Below are positions 1 to 9,360 of a stretch of DNA of 64,000 nt, in pieces. The stretch comes from an uncultured SAR86 cluster bacterium (GTDB taxonomy: Bacteria; Pseudomonadota; Gammaproteobacteria; Magnimaribacterales; AG-339-G14). The stretch lies in NCBI GenBank assembly GCA_902524805.1, contig CABZES010000003.1, positions 30,574-94,573 on the forward strand. Direction: 5' to 3'. Made by a program: the position numbers and the translations under genes. A model generated the notes under the pieces. The model was given only the letters and a program-made list of their open reading frames with translations. It was not told where the DNA came from and made no database searches. Each line of letters starts with the position of its first letter. Within the stretch, counting starts at the first letter, position 1.

Positions 1-1296
1 TTTAGACTCTCCTTCAAACCTAAAAACCAATGAAGGAGAGGTATTAGATGCTCTAGCTAAGCCCCAAGACTCCTCATTTTCTATTCTTATTCCATCAATT
101 AAGACTTTCTCATAGTCATTAAATTCAAATTCTTTTTTCAATTTTTTAATAATTTCAAATTTTCTTTCGTCAGTTGTATGGAGATTAATTTCTGGAGTAG
201 TAAATAGTTGAGGAAATTTACTAAACATTTCGGCAGAAGAATCTTCAGATTGAGCAATGATTTCTATCAATCTAAGAGCGGAATAAATACCATCATCAAA
301 ACCGTACCAGTCATCATTAAAAAAAATATGACCGCTCATTTCGCCGCCTAAAATTGCATTCTGTTTTAAAATTTCTTCTTTAATAAATGAATGCCCAGTT
401 CTGGTCATAATAGGGACGCCTTTACTTTTACTAATTGATTCTTTGAGCCTGGATGAGCATTTAACGTCAAAGACAATTTTACGACCTGAGTTATTTTTTA
501 AGATTTGATCTGCTATTAAAGACATGTACTGATCTGGAAAAATTATATTCCCTTTGTTATCAACCACTCCCAGTCTATCGGCATCCCCATCCAAGGCAAT
601 TCCGAGGTGAGCTTTATTTTCTCTTACCTTGACAATTAAATCTTTCAGGTTTTCAGGATTGCTTGGATCAGGGTGATGATTAGGAAAATTTCCATCAACT
701 TCGCCATAAAGTTCAATTAGTTCTATGCCTAAATCTTTAAAAAGTTTTGGCGCTACTAATCCTCCCGCTCCATTTCCACAATCAAGAACTATCTTGAGAG
801 TTCTCTTCAAATTGATTTTTGACTTAATTTCAGTTTGATAGTTTTCCAAAAGAGGAGTCTTTTGTTCTTTGCCTTCACCACAAATGAAGTCTTCATTTTC
901 AATTAAATTTTTTATTTCAGTAATGGATTCTCCCGAAAGAGGTTTTTGGTTGACTACTATTTTGAAACCATTGTAGTTTTTTGGGTTATGACTTCCTGTA
1001 ATCATTACTCCATTTCTAATTGACGTCTTAAAAGTTGAAAAATAAAGTAAAGGAGTAGGGCCTAAATCTAAATTATAGACATTACACCCAGTTGAAAGAA
1101 CTCCCTCAGTAAACAACTCAGATATGTGAGGACTAGACAATCGTCCATCTCGGCATACATTTAAAGCATCTGAATTATTTCTTCTTAGCAATGTGCCAAT
1201 TGCTTTTCCTAACTTTTTAACCAGTTCGTCTGAAAGTTCCTCATTAACGATCCCTCTTATATCATAGGCTCTAAAAACTTGAGAATTGACTTTCAT
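1..1296 (-). CDS. phosphomannomutase/phosphoglucomutase (alpha-D-phosphohexomutase family); C-terminal end lies beyond the window edge
   Basis: Absent from the ORF track because it runs off the window. Reverse translation from the ATG (cat at 1294-1296) reads MKVNSQVFRAYDIRGIV... The phosphoserine loop GVMITGSHNP (about 982-1011) and the Mg-binding DGDADR (574-591) were read directly from the sequence. Confidence 0.9.
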   Translation of the reverse strand, partial: MKVNSQVFRAYDIRGIVNEELSDELVKKLGKAIGTLLRRNNSDALNVCRDGRLSSPHISELFTEGVLSTGCNVYNLDLGPTPLLYFSTFKTSIRNGVMITGSHNPKNYNGFKIVVNQKPLSGESITEIKNLIENEDFICGEGKEQKTPLLENYQTEIKSKINLKRTLKIVLDCGNGAGGLVAPKLFKDLGIELIELYGEVDGNFPNHHPDPSNPENLKDLIVKVRENKAHLGIALDGDADRLGVVDNKGNIIFPDQYMSLIADQILKNNSGRKIVFDVKCSSRLKESISKSKGVPIMTRTGHSFIKEEILKQNAILGGEMSGHIFFNDDWYGFDDGIYSALRLIEIIAQSEDSSAEMFSKFPQLFTTPEINLHTTDERKFEIIKKLKKEFEFNDYEKVLIDGIRIENEESWGLARASNTSPSLVFRFEGESK

Positions 1297-1338
1297 ATAA
1301 ATCTCTCCTGCTTATAATGATCCTTTTTATAAACAAAC

Positions 1339-2262
1339 ATGGATACTTTAGCAAATAGAGAAGGATTTATATGGATGGACGGCCAATTAATTGATTGGGC
1401 TGATGCAAAAGTTCATGTGCTTACTCATACCTTGCATTATGGACTGGGAGTTTTTGAAGGGGTCAGGGCATATTCAACTCCAAAAGGCACAAAGATTTTT
1501 CGATTAAATGATCACACAAACAGACTTTTTGAATCTGCCAATGCGGTCAACATGAAAATTCCTTTTTCTCAGCAAGAAATAAACGAAGCGCAAAAAGAAG
1601 TTTTTAGAGTTAACGAATTGGATGAAGGTTATATAAGACCAATGTGTTTTTATGGTTCGGAAGGAATGGGTTTGAGAGCTGATAACTTAAAAGTTCACTG
1701 CATAGTTGCAGCCTGGGAGTGGCCAAGTTATATGTCTCCGGAAGCTTTTGAAAAAGGAATAAATATTAAGGTTTCTTCTTATAAGAGAGAAACAGGGAAT
1801 ATTGTCTCGAGATCAAAAGTTAATGGTAACTACGTTACATCTATCATGGCTTTGCAAGAGGCTATAAAGGAAGGCTATGACGAAGCTCTCCTTTTGGATG
1901 ATGAAGATAATATTTCAGAGGGTTCAGGAGAAAACTTTTTTATTGTGAAGAATAAAACGCTCTACACTCCAGATCTAGATGCATCTCTAGATGGGATAAC
2001 TAGAAAAAGCATCATTAGCTTGGCGGAAGAATTGGGAATAAAGGTCGAAGTAAAAAAAATAAAGTTACAGGATGTATTGGATGCAGATGAATTATTTTTT
2101 ACTGGAACGGCTGCAGAAGTTGTTCCGATTAGAAGTGTAGATAAAAAACTCATTGCCGACGGAGAAAGAGGAGAGATAACAACGATTCTTCAAAAAAATT
2201 ACTTTGATCAAGTCAGAGGTAAAAGAGATTCTTTTTCCGAATGGCTATCTGCAATAGACTAA
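1339..2262 (+). CDS. ilvE: branched-chain-amino-acid aminotransferase
   Basis: 307 aa with class IV aminotransferase motifs HYGLGVFEGVRAY and SEGSGENFF, co-linear with E. coli IlvE. Confidence 0.93.
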   Translation: MDTLANREGFIWMDGQLIDWADAKVHVLTHTLHYGLGVFEGVRAYSTPKGTKIFRLNDHTNRLFESANAVNMKIPFSQQEINEAQKEVFRVNELDEGYIRPMCFYGSEGMGLRADNLKVHCIVAAWEWPSYMSPEAFEKGINIKVSSYKRETGNIVSRSKVNGNYVTSIMALQEAIKEGYDEALLLDDEDNISEGSGENFFIVKNKTLYTPDLDASLDGITRKSIISLAEELGIKVEVKKIKLQDVLDADELFFTGTAAEVVPIRSVDKKLIADGERGEITTILQKNYFDQVRGKRDSFSEWLSAID

Positions 2263-2274
2263 AATTAAATAATC

Positions 2275-3513
2275 ATGAAAAGACTCAGGATCGCCTTCCT
2301 CAGTTATAGAAGTAATCCATACTCAGGCGGTCAAGGAATATACGTTAAATATGTAACTAAAGCTCTTGTCGATTTAGGCCATAAAGTTACAGTTTTTTCC
2401 GGACCGCCTTATCCAGACTTAGATTCGCGAGTAAAACTAGAAGTTGTACCAAACCTTGATTTGTATTCAAAAAAAAATAAATTTACTGACGTTAAACTTA
2501 AAGATCTTTTGATTCCTATAAATTTCTTTGAGTGGTTTAGCATCAATTCCGGAGGTTTCGCTGAACCTTACACTTTTGGAAAAAGAATTAAAAAAGTTTT
2601 AAAACATAGACTGGACGAATTTGACGTTATTCATGACAATCAAAGCCTTTGTTATGAGTTATTATTTTTTCAAAAAAAAATTCCTTTGGTAGCAACTATT
2701 CATCATCCGATTTCTAAAGATTTAAAGTTTCAACTCAAAAGTACCAAATCTATCTTTCTAAAGTTCCTGATGATTAGATGGCACTCTTTTTTAAGAATGC
2801 AAATAAAAGTAGCCAAAAAGTTAAATTCTGTAATCGTCGTATCGAAATCTTCAAAACAGGATATTCATGATGATTTTGGTTTGAAGAAAGAAGTTATGAA
2901 AGTGATACTTAACGGCATTGACACAGAGGCCTTTTTTCCCGATGAAAATATAAAAAAAATACCTTTTAGAATTGTTACTTCTGCAAGCGCAGACGTGCCT
3001 TTAAAAGGATTAGATTATTTACTTGAAGCTTTCTCCGAAGTAATAAAAATCTATCCAAATTCAACACTTCAAATTATGGGTAGTTCAAAACAAGGTGGAC
3101 ACACATCAAGAAAAATAAATGATTTAGACATTAAAGAAAAAGTGGAATTCAATAATGATCTTTCATTTAAGGAAGTAAGGGATTTGTATTGTTCTGCAGA
3201 TGTTGTTGTAATACCCTCTCTTTATGAAGGTTTTGGATTTGCAATTGGCGAAGCAATGGCATGTCGAGTTCCTGTGATAACTACTTCAGGAGGAGCAATT
3301 CCGGAAGTCATTGGAGATTGCGGAATTTTAGTTTCACCTGGCAACTCTAAGGAATTGGAAGAAGCAATACTCAAATTACTTCCGGATGAGGAGAAAAAAA
3401 GTTTTTTTGCTGAAAAAGGATTTAATAGAATTATTGAGCATTTACAATGGAAAAAAGTAGCAAAACTTATGACTGAAAGTTACGAAACCGAAATTAATAG
3501 AATCACCAATTAG
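2275..3513 (+). CDS. GT-B fold glycosyltransferase (family 4-like)
   Basis: 412 aa. N-terminal RIAFLSYRSNPYSGGQGIYV and C-terminal YEGFGFAIGEAMACRVPVITT (E-x7-E donor-binding motif). Starts 12 nt after ilvE; its stop abuts the next ATG (TAGATG). Confidence 0.85.
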   Translation: MKRLRIAFLSYRSNPYSGGQGIYVKYVTKALVDLGHKVTVFSGPPYPDLDSRVKLEVVPNLDLYSKKNKFTDVKLKDLLIPINFFEWFSINSGGFAEPYTFGKRIKKVLKHRLDEFDVIHDNQSLCYELLFFQKKIPLVATIHHPISKDLKFQLKSTKSIFLKFLMIRWHSFLRMQIKVAKKLNSVIVVSKSSKQDIHDDFGLKKEVMKVILNGIDTEAFFPDENIKKIPFRIVTSASADVPLKGLDYLLEAFSEVIKIYPNSTLQIMGSSKQGGHTSRKINDLDIKEKVEFNNDLSFKEVRDLYCSADVVVIPSLYEGFGFAIGEAMACRVPVITTSGGAIPEVIGDCGILVSPGNSKELEEAILKLLPDEEKKSFFAEKGFNRIIEHLQWKKVAKLMTESYETEINRITN

Positions 3514-4224
3514 ATGCAAACCGTTGATTTAAAAAAACTTGAACTAGAGCCAAATTCTAAATTTCTAGACCTAGGTTGCGGTGAGGGCAGACATTGTTTT
3601 GGAGCATACATGTCTGAAAGCATTGATGTATTTGGTTTTGATATGAGCTTGTCAGACGTAGCAACAGCAAAAAAAAATTTCGATCAATTTAATGAAAACG
3701 AATCTTCAAAAAGCTGCAATTTTGGAGTAGCTGATGCAAAGAAGCTACCATTTAAAGATAACACATTTGATTTCATAGTTTGTTCTGAAGTTTTAGAACA
3801 CATAATAGATTATCAAAGTGCACTTTCTGAGATTAATAGAATTTTAAAACCTCAAGGCAAGTTAGCAATTAGTGTTCCAAAATTTTTTCCTGAATGGGTC
3901 TGCTGGAAACTAAGTATTGATTATCAAAATACTCCAGGCGGACATGTGAGAATATTTAAATTTAAAGAATTAAAGAATGACATAACAAATTTTGGCCTTA
4001 CTTTTACGCAAAGACATTGGGCCCATGCTTTGCATTCTCCTTATTGGTGGCTTCAATGCTTATTTTGGAAATCAAAAGAAAGTTCAAGAATAATTAATCT
4101 TTATCATGATTTTTTAGTTTGGGACATGATCAAGAAACCTTTGTTGACCAAAATTTTGGAATTTATATTTCAACCATTAATTGGAAAAAGTGTAGTGCTT
4201 TATTTTAATAAAGATAAAGTATGA
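3514..4224 (+). CDS. class I SAM-dependent methyltransferase (Methyltransf_11-like) with hydrophobic C-terminal extension
   Basis: Motif I LDLGCGEGRH and post-I/II FDFIVCSEVLEH. The Trp-rich tail HSPYWWLQCLFW is not part of the Rossmann core. ATGA overlap with the next ORF. Confidence 0.85.
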   Translation: MQTVDLKKLELEPNSKFLDLGCGEGRHCFGAYMSESIDVFGFDMSLSDVATAKKNFDQFNENESSKSCNFGVADAKKLPFKDNTFDFIVCSEVLEHIIDYQSALSEINRILKPQGKLAISVPKFFPEWVCWKLSIDYQNTPGGHVRIFKFKELKNDITNFGLTFTQRHWAHALHSPYWWLQCLFWKSKESSRIINLYHDFLVWDMIKKPLLTKILEFIFQPLIGKSVVLYFNKDKV

Positions 4225-5216
4225 TAAGAAATTTATTGGGTTCATATAGTCATTTAGGGGAATATATAATTTCCTGCCAGGAAAAAAATGGAGCCATCGC
4301 TTGGGAGCCAAGATCTAAAATAGATCCATGGGATCATGTTGAATCAGCCATGGGCTTAGATGTTTTAGGCTTTGAAGATAATTCAAAAAAAGCATATGAA
4401 TGGCTCATTGATTCTCAAGAAAATGATGGATCTTGGTTCAGCCAATATAAAGATGGAGAAGTTACAAACTTTAGGAAAGAAACTAATTTTACGGCTTACA
4501 TTGCGACTGGAGCTTGGCACCATTACCTTAATTTCGAAAATATAAAATTTCTAAAAGATCTATGGCCAACACTCGAAAAAGCAATGAACTTTGTTCTTGA
4601 TGGTCAGACAAACGACGGCGATATTCTTTGGGCAAAAGATAAAACCAATAAATGGATGGACGATTCATTGCTTACCGGGTGCTCTTCTATTTATAAAAGT
4701 CTGGTTTGTGCACAAAATATTTCAAAAGAATTAGGTATTGAAAAAGAAGCTTACAAAAAAGAAATTTCTATGATTTCTGAGGCAATAAGAAATAAACCTG
4801 AGAGATTTGACAGATCATGGGAAAGCAAAAGTAGATATAGCATGGATTGGTATTATCCGATTTTATGTGGAGTCATTGATGGTGAAGACGCTGTTGAAAG
4901 AGTGAATAAAAAATGGCATAAATTTGTAGTTAAAGACTTAGGCTGTAAATGCGTGGAAGAGGAACCTTGGGTTACCGCAGCTGAATCCTGTGAATTAGTT
5001 CTCGCATTAAATAAAATTTTAGAGAAGGAGAAAGCAGAAGCTATTTTTAAAGATGTGTTGAATTTAGTCGATCCAAAAAGCAATCTTTTCTGGACAGGCT
5101 ATGTTTTTAAAGACAAAAAATATTGGCCTACAGAAAAACCTAGCTGGACAGCAGCAGCAGTTATTTTAGCTGCCAATTCACTTTATAAATTCACCAAAGC
5201 TTCAGACTTTTTCTAA
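4221..5216 (+). CDS. alpha/alpha-toroid protein with prenyltransferase / squalene-cyclase-type repeats; function unknown
   Basis: 331 aa. Three Q-x-x-[ND]-G-x(0-2)-W repeats (CQEKNGAIAW, SQENDGSWF, GQTNDGDILW). No DxDD or DDxxD catalytic motif seen. Translationally coupled to the upstream methyltransferase. Confidence 0.6.
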   Translation: MIRNLLGSYSHLGEYIISCQEKNGAIAWEPRSKIDPWDHVESAMGLDVLGFEDNSKKAYEWLIDSQENDGSWFSQYKDGEVTNFRKETNFTAYIATGAWHHYLNFENIKFLKDLWPTLEKAMNFVLDGQTNDGDILWAKDKTNKWMDDSLLTGCSSIYKSLVCAQNISKELGIEKEAYKKEISMISEAIRNKPERFDRSWESKSRYSMDWYYPILCGVIDGEDAVERVNKKWHKFVVKDLGCKCVEEEPWVTAAESCELVLALNKILEKEKAEAIFKDVLNLVDPKSNLFWTGYVFKDKKYWPTEKPSWTAAAVILAANSLYKFTKASDFF

Positions 5217-5804
5217 AATAGCTAGGGATTTCACAAGCTCTATCTCTTTAAAGCTCTTAGATTGTTTTGCAACGCAAAAAATCTCATATGGAGGCCTTCC
5301 GCCATCTTCAGGATTTGGAAAAACGTCATGAATAGCAAGCAAGCCTCCTGAAATTATATGTTTACTCCAACAATCAAAATCGTTCTTAGCTGCCTCCATG
5401 CTATGGCCCCCATCAATAAATAAAAGGCCCAAAGGAATTTCCCAATTTCTAGAAATTTCAACTGAATCACCAATAATTGGAATTATATTTTCTAAAAAGG
5501 GAGATTTTTCAATATTTTTTAAAAACTCTGGCAGAGAATTAAACCTGTTTAATCTTGCGTCAAAGAGGTCTTTATCATGATATTCCTCTCCAACTTGATG
5601 CTCTTCAGAACCAATATGATGATCTAAGGTAAAAATATAACTACCATTTCTATTGCATGCCTCAGAAAACATTAAAGCTGATTTGCCGCAATAAGTTCCG
5701 ATTTCCAATGTAGGCCCTAAAGACGAAGTTTTATCAATTAAGCTCGAAAGTTTTTTTGCTTCAGTATCGTCTAGAAAACCTTTAACCTTATCTAAATATT
5801 CCAT
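5202..5804 (-). CDS. class I SAM-dependent O-methyltransferase-like protein (Methyltransf_24 / metal-dependent type)
   Basis: LEIGTYCGKSAL (motif I) and LLFIDGGHSMEAAKNDF...GGLLAIHDV. I place the start at MEYLDKVKGF (cat at 5802-5804) rather than ORF-track position 5918, which would overlap the divergent gene. Confidence 0.75.
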   Translation of the reverse strand: MEYLDKVKGFLDDTEAKKLSSLIDKTSSLGPTLEIGTYCGKSALMFSEACNRNGSYIFTLDHHIGSEEHQVGEEYHDKDLFDARLNRFNSLPEFLKNIEKSPFLENIIPIIGDSVEISRNWEIPLGLLFIDGGHSMEAAKNDFDCWSKHIISGGLLAIHDVFPNPEDGGRPPYEIFCVAKQSKSFKEIELVKSLAILEKV

Positions 5805-5826
5805 AATTAAATATAGTTTAAAAATA

Positions 5827-6732
5827 ATGACCGATAAAGATAAAGCTTCTAGAGAAGAATTTTTTTTGAATGGTGAAAGTTTTTCATATCTTTTTTTTAA
5901 GGGAAGCACTCTCCTCAATCCAATTATTTTTTTTCATGCTACTGGGCTTAATTCCGCAACTTATTTGAAATTACTATCAAAGATTTTTGATAGTTTTGAC
6001 GGAAAGAGGTCTATTTATGCTTTTGATCAAAGAGGACATGGATTGAGTAAAGCGGAAGCTGATTACAAAAAATTAAAATCTTGGGGGCAGTTTTCAAAAG
6101 AGGCTATTTCTTTTTTAAATTCTCTTGGTCACGGAAGCATTGACTTAATGGGGCACTCAATGGGAGGAATTGTTGCTTCAGAAATAGCTAGTCAATTAAA
6201 ATTTAAGGTAAGAAATTTAGTCATGTTAGAGCCGGTTTTATACTATGCACCAGAAGACGTTATGAAGTTGAAAATAAAAAAGTTACTACAATTTGGCGAT
6301 TATAGCGCTTCCGATAAATCTTCAAGTGCAAAACAAAGAAGAAATAATTTTGACAGTTTAAAGCAAGCTATAGAGCATTTTACTGGAAGAGCAATGTTTG
6401 TGAGTTGGCCTGAAGAATCTATTAAAAATTATTTAGAAGGAGGATTGGTCCAAAGAGAAGGTAGCTTTTTTCTTTCTTGTGACCCGGCTTGGGAAGCAAA
6501 AACTTTTGAAACAGTAACTTTCGACACATATAAGTTTTTAAAAAGATTAACTTGTCCAGTTCTAATAATCAGAGGGGACAAAGAAACTTCAACTTTTACT
6601 GAGGAAGCTAAAAAAGCATTATCAAAAAAAGATAAAATACTAATCGAGGAGCACAAAGGCTCGCATTTTCTTCCTATTGAAAATGTTGAATTAATTTCTT
6701 CGAGAGTATTTAATTTTTTAAATAAAGATTAA
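5827..6732 (+). CDS. alpha/beta-fold hydrolase
   Basis: 301 aa. Oxyanion region FFHATGLNS, nucleophile elbow GHSMGG, C-terminal GSHFLPIE (catalytic His region). Confidence 0.8.
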   Translation: MTDKDKASREEFFLNGESFSYLFFKGSTLLNPIIFFHATGLNSATYLKLLSKIFDSFDGKRSIYAFDQRGHGLSKAEADYKKLKSWGQFSKEAISFLNSLGHGSIDLMGHSMGGIVASEIASQLKFKVRNLVMLEPVLYYAPEDVMKLKIKKLLQFGDYSASDKSSSAKQRRNNFDSLKQAIEHFTGRAMFVSWPEESIKNYLEGGLVQREGSFFLSCDPAWEAKTFETVTFDTYKFLKRLTCPVLIIRGDKETSTFTEEAKKALSKKDKILIEEHKGSHFLPIENVELISSRVFNFLNKD

Positions 6733-6756
6733 TGTTAAAGTTATTTTTTATATCAA

Positions 6757-7572
6757 ATGGCAAAACCAGAACCCAATAAAACTATATCCCTGCAGACTTT
6801 TAGAGATTTAAAACAAAAAGGTGAAAAGTTTGCTGCTTTAACATCTTATGAGGCTACTTTGTCATCAATGATGTGTGATGCTGGAGTAGAACTCATTTTA
6901 GTTGGCGATAGCTTGGGTATGGTGATTCAAGGACATGATTCTACAGTGCCAGTTTCGATGGAAGATATTTTGTATCATTTAAGATGTGTCAAGTCAGGAA
7001 ATAAGGGAGCTCACTTAATGGCAGATATGCCTTTCATGAGCTACGCTACAGAGCAACTTGCTTATGAAAATGCTACTCGGCTCATGCAGGCTGGAGCAAA
7101 TTCAGTAAAAGTTGAAGGCGGGGAAGTAATTCTTAAAATAACTGAGCTTTTGTCTGAAAGAGGAATTCCAGTTTGTGCCCATATGGGGCTCACTCCTCAA
7201 TCAATAAACAGAATAGGTGGGTTTTTTGTTCAAGGCAGAGATCCTTCTTCTCATTCAAAAATAATAGAAGAAGCTTTGAGCTTGGAGAGTGCAGGAGCTG
7301 AGCTGTTGTTATTAGAGTGCATTCCAGACGAATTAACAAAAAAAATTGCCGAAGTTGTCAAAATTCCAACTATTGGAATAGGGGCAGGTTTGGAAACCGA
7401 CGGACAAATAATGGTCGTTCATGACATGCTTGGAGTTTCTTGTTTAGAAAAACCGCCAAAGTTTGTAAAAAATTTCTTAGCGCAGAATAATTCTATTTTT
7501 GAAGCAATAAAGGATTATGTGAGGTCAGTAAAATCCTCGTCTTTTCCAGCCAAAGAACATTGGTTTGACTAG
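6757..7572 (+). CDS. panB: 3-methyl-2-oxobutanoate hydroxymethyltransferase
   Basis: 271 aa with ILVGDSLGMVIQGH and VKVEGG motifs; followed by panC. Confidence 0.95.
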   Translation: MAKPEPNKTISLQTFRDLKQKGEKFAALTSYEATLSSMMCDAGVELILVGDSLGMVIQGHDSTVPVSMEDILYHLRCVKSGNKGAHLMADMPFMSYATEQLAYENATRLMQAGANSVKVEGGEVILKITELLSERGIPVCAHMGLTPQSINRIGGFFVQGRDPSSHSKIIEEALSLESAGAELLLLECIPDELTKKIAEVVKIPTIGIGAGLETDGQIMVVHDMLGVSCLEKPPKFVKNFLAQNNSIFEAIKDYVRSVKSSSFPAKEHWFD

Positions 7573-8423
7573 TGAAAATTATCAAAAAAATTGGTGATTT
7601 AAAAATTGTTGATAAAGAAAGACCTATTGCTCTTATTCCTACAATGGGAAATTTACATGCAGGTCATTTAAGTTTAGTTAAACAATCAAAAAACTTAAAG
7701 TTAACTTCGTTAGTAACTATTTTTGTTAACCCTCTTCAGTTTGGCCCCGATGAAGATTTCGAAACATATCCAAGAACAATTGCTCAAGATGAAGAAAATC
7801 TTGAAAAAGAAAATTGCGATTTTCTTTTTCTTCCCGACAAGACAGAATTGTTGAAGGGAATAAAAAATTTAAAAGCTCCATTTTCAAATTTTCTATGTGG
7901 GAAAAGTAGACCTGGACATTTCGATGGAGTAATAACTATAGTGAATCGATTTCTAGAACTATTAAATCCGGAATTTTGTTTTTTTGGACAAAAGGATTTT
8001 CAACAGCAATTAATTATCCACGATCACTTAAAAAAAAATAATTTCTCTACAAAATTAATTGTGGGCCAAACAATAAGGGATTCCAATGGTCTAGCGTTGT
8101 CATCAAGGAACAACTACCTATCTGAAAGAGAAAAAAAGAACGCGTCTTTGATTTATACATATTTAAAGGAAATAGTTGATCAATTAATGCAAGAACTTGC
8201 AAAAGACTCTTTGAATATTTCGACAAACGTTTTAATAACTTGTGAAAAATATAAAAATAAATTTGAAGAAGAGGGTTTTAAGATTGATTACTTAGAAATT
8301 CTAAATGCTAAAAATTTGAAAAAACTAAAAAAAGGAGATACAGAAATACTTGTTGCAGTTGCAGCTTATTACAAAGGAGTGAGGTTAATTGATAACTTAA
8401 TCTGCGATTTATCTTCTTCTTAA
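7572..8423 (+). CDS. panC: pantoate--beta-alanine ligase
   Basis: GTG start sharing 1 nt with the panB stop (TAGTG). PTMGNLHAGHLSLV (HIGH-type motif) and FGQKDFQQ. Confidence 0.93.
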   Translation: MKIIKKIGDLKIVDKERPIALIPTMGNLHAGHLSLVKQSKNLKLTSLVTIFVNPLQFGPDEDFETYPRTIAQDEENLEKENCDFLFLPDKTELLKGIKNLKAPFSNFLCGKSRPGHFDGVITIVNRFLELLNPEFCFFGQKDFQQQLIIHDHLKKNNFSTKLIVGQTIRDSNGLALSSRNNYLSEREKKNASLIYTYLKEIVDQLMQELAKDSLNISTNVLITCEKYKNKFEEEGFKIDYLEILNAKNLKKLKKGDTEILVAVAAYYKGVRLIDNLICDLSSS

Positions 8424-9299
8424 TAAATCATCGGGGTAAAAAGATGCTTCACCTTCTGGCCTATTTTTAAATCTTCTATGAGACCATAAATAATTATCAG
8501 GATTTTTTTTGACACATTCCTCTATAGCTTGATTTATTTTTTTTAAATCTTTTTCTGCATCCTTTCCACATAAGTCTAAATTAATTAAATTGATTTCATA
8601 TTTAAACTTCTTTTTATTTACCGTGAATAAATAAACATCACAATTTGTTCTTTGAACAAGAATTGAAGGAAAAATTACAGTCAAAGCTTTGTGACCAAAA
8701 AAATCAACAAAAACAGAATTTTTGTAGCCGTAATCTTGATCGGGAGCGTAAAGACAAGCTTTCCCATTTTTAATAGAATCTAAAAATCCACTGCCTTCAT
8801 GCGGTCGAAATATTCTTTCTGTGATCTTATTTCTACTAGCAGTTAATAAATTATCAATTATTTTTATACTTTGTTGCTTAGCCATCCCAGAAACGGTCAT
8901 AAATAAGGAAGTTATTCTAACGACAAGGTCAACGTTGGGGGTGTGCATCACTAGAAGAAGTTTTCCTTTTTGAGGATTTAATTTTGATGTTAATTCCTCA
9001 ATTTCTTCAAAATTTAAAATTGTTTTCTTTATTTTATTATCTGAGGCCCAAAAGGCATTCAAAAATTCAAATAACGACTCTCCGATTCTAAAAAAACTTT
9101 CTTTTAAAATATTATTAATTTCATTATCATTTTTTGAAGGAAAGCATTTTTTCAGATTCCATCTAGCAATTTCTCTTCTTTCTTTAAAAAACAAATAGAA
9201 GACAGAGCCCAAACCTTTGCCTAAAAAAAATTGTAATCTTTGAGGGAGAAGACTTAATAGTTTTAAAATTAAGTAAACAAAATACTCTATAAATTTCAT
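8409..9299 (-). CDS. lpxL: lipid A biosynthesis late acyltransferase (LpxL/HtrB family)
   Basis: 296 aa. N-terminal membrane anchor, HX4D motif (HTPNVD), divergent from waaA. Confidence 0.8.
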   Translation of the reverse strand: MKFIEYFVYLILKLLSLLPQRLQFFLGKGLGSVFYLFFKERREIARWNLKKCFPSKNDNEINNILKESFFRIGESLFEFLNAFWASDNKIKKTILNFEEIEELTSKLNPQKGKLLLVMHTPNVDLVVRITSLFMTVSGMAKQQSIKIIDNLLTASRNKITERIFRPHEGSGFLDSIKNGKACLYAPDQDYGYKNSVFVDFFGHKALTVIFPSILVQRTNCDVYLFTVNKKKFKYEINLINLDLCGKDAEKDLKKINQAIEECVKKNPDNYLWSHRRFKNRPEGEASFYPDDLLRRR

Positions 9300-9360
9300 T
9301 TTAATAAACTTTCAAATTGTATATTTATAAGATTAACCTATTTAGTCTAGAATCACCTTA

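Noticed and set aside
5805-5918. N-terminal extension of the O-methyltransferase ORF (MRRVLPLKKRYEKL...), which overlaps the divergent hydrolase gene by 92 nt.
   Set aside because: The extension is basic and low-complexity, and is antisense to the hydrolase N-terminus. The methyltransferase domain begins right after the internal Met (MEYLDKVKGF), so I chose the shorter start.
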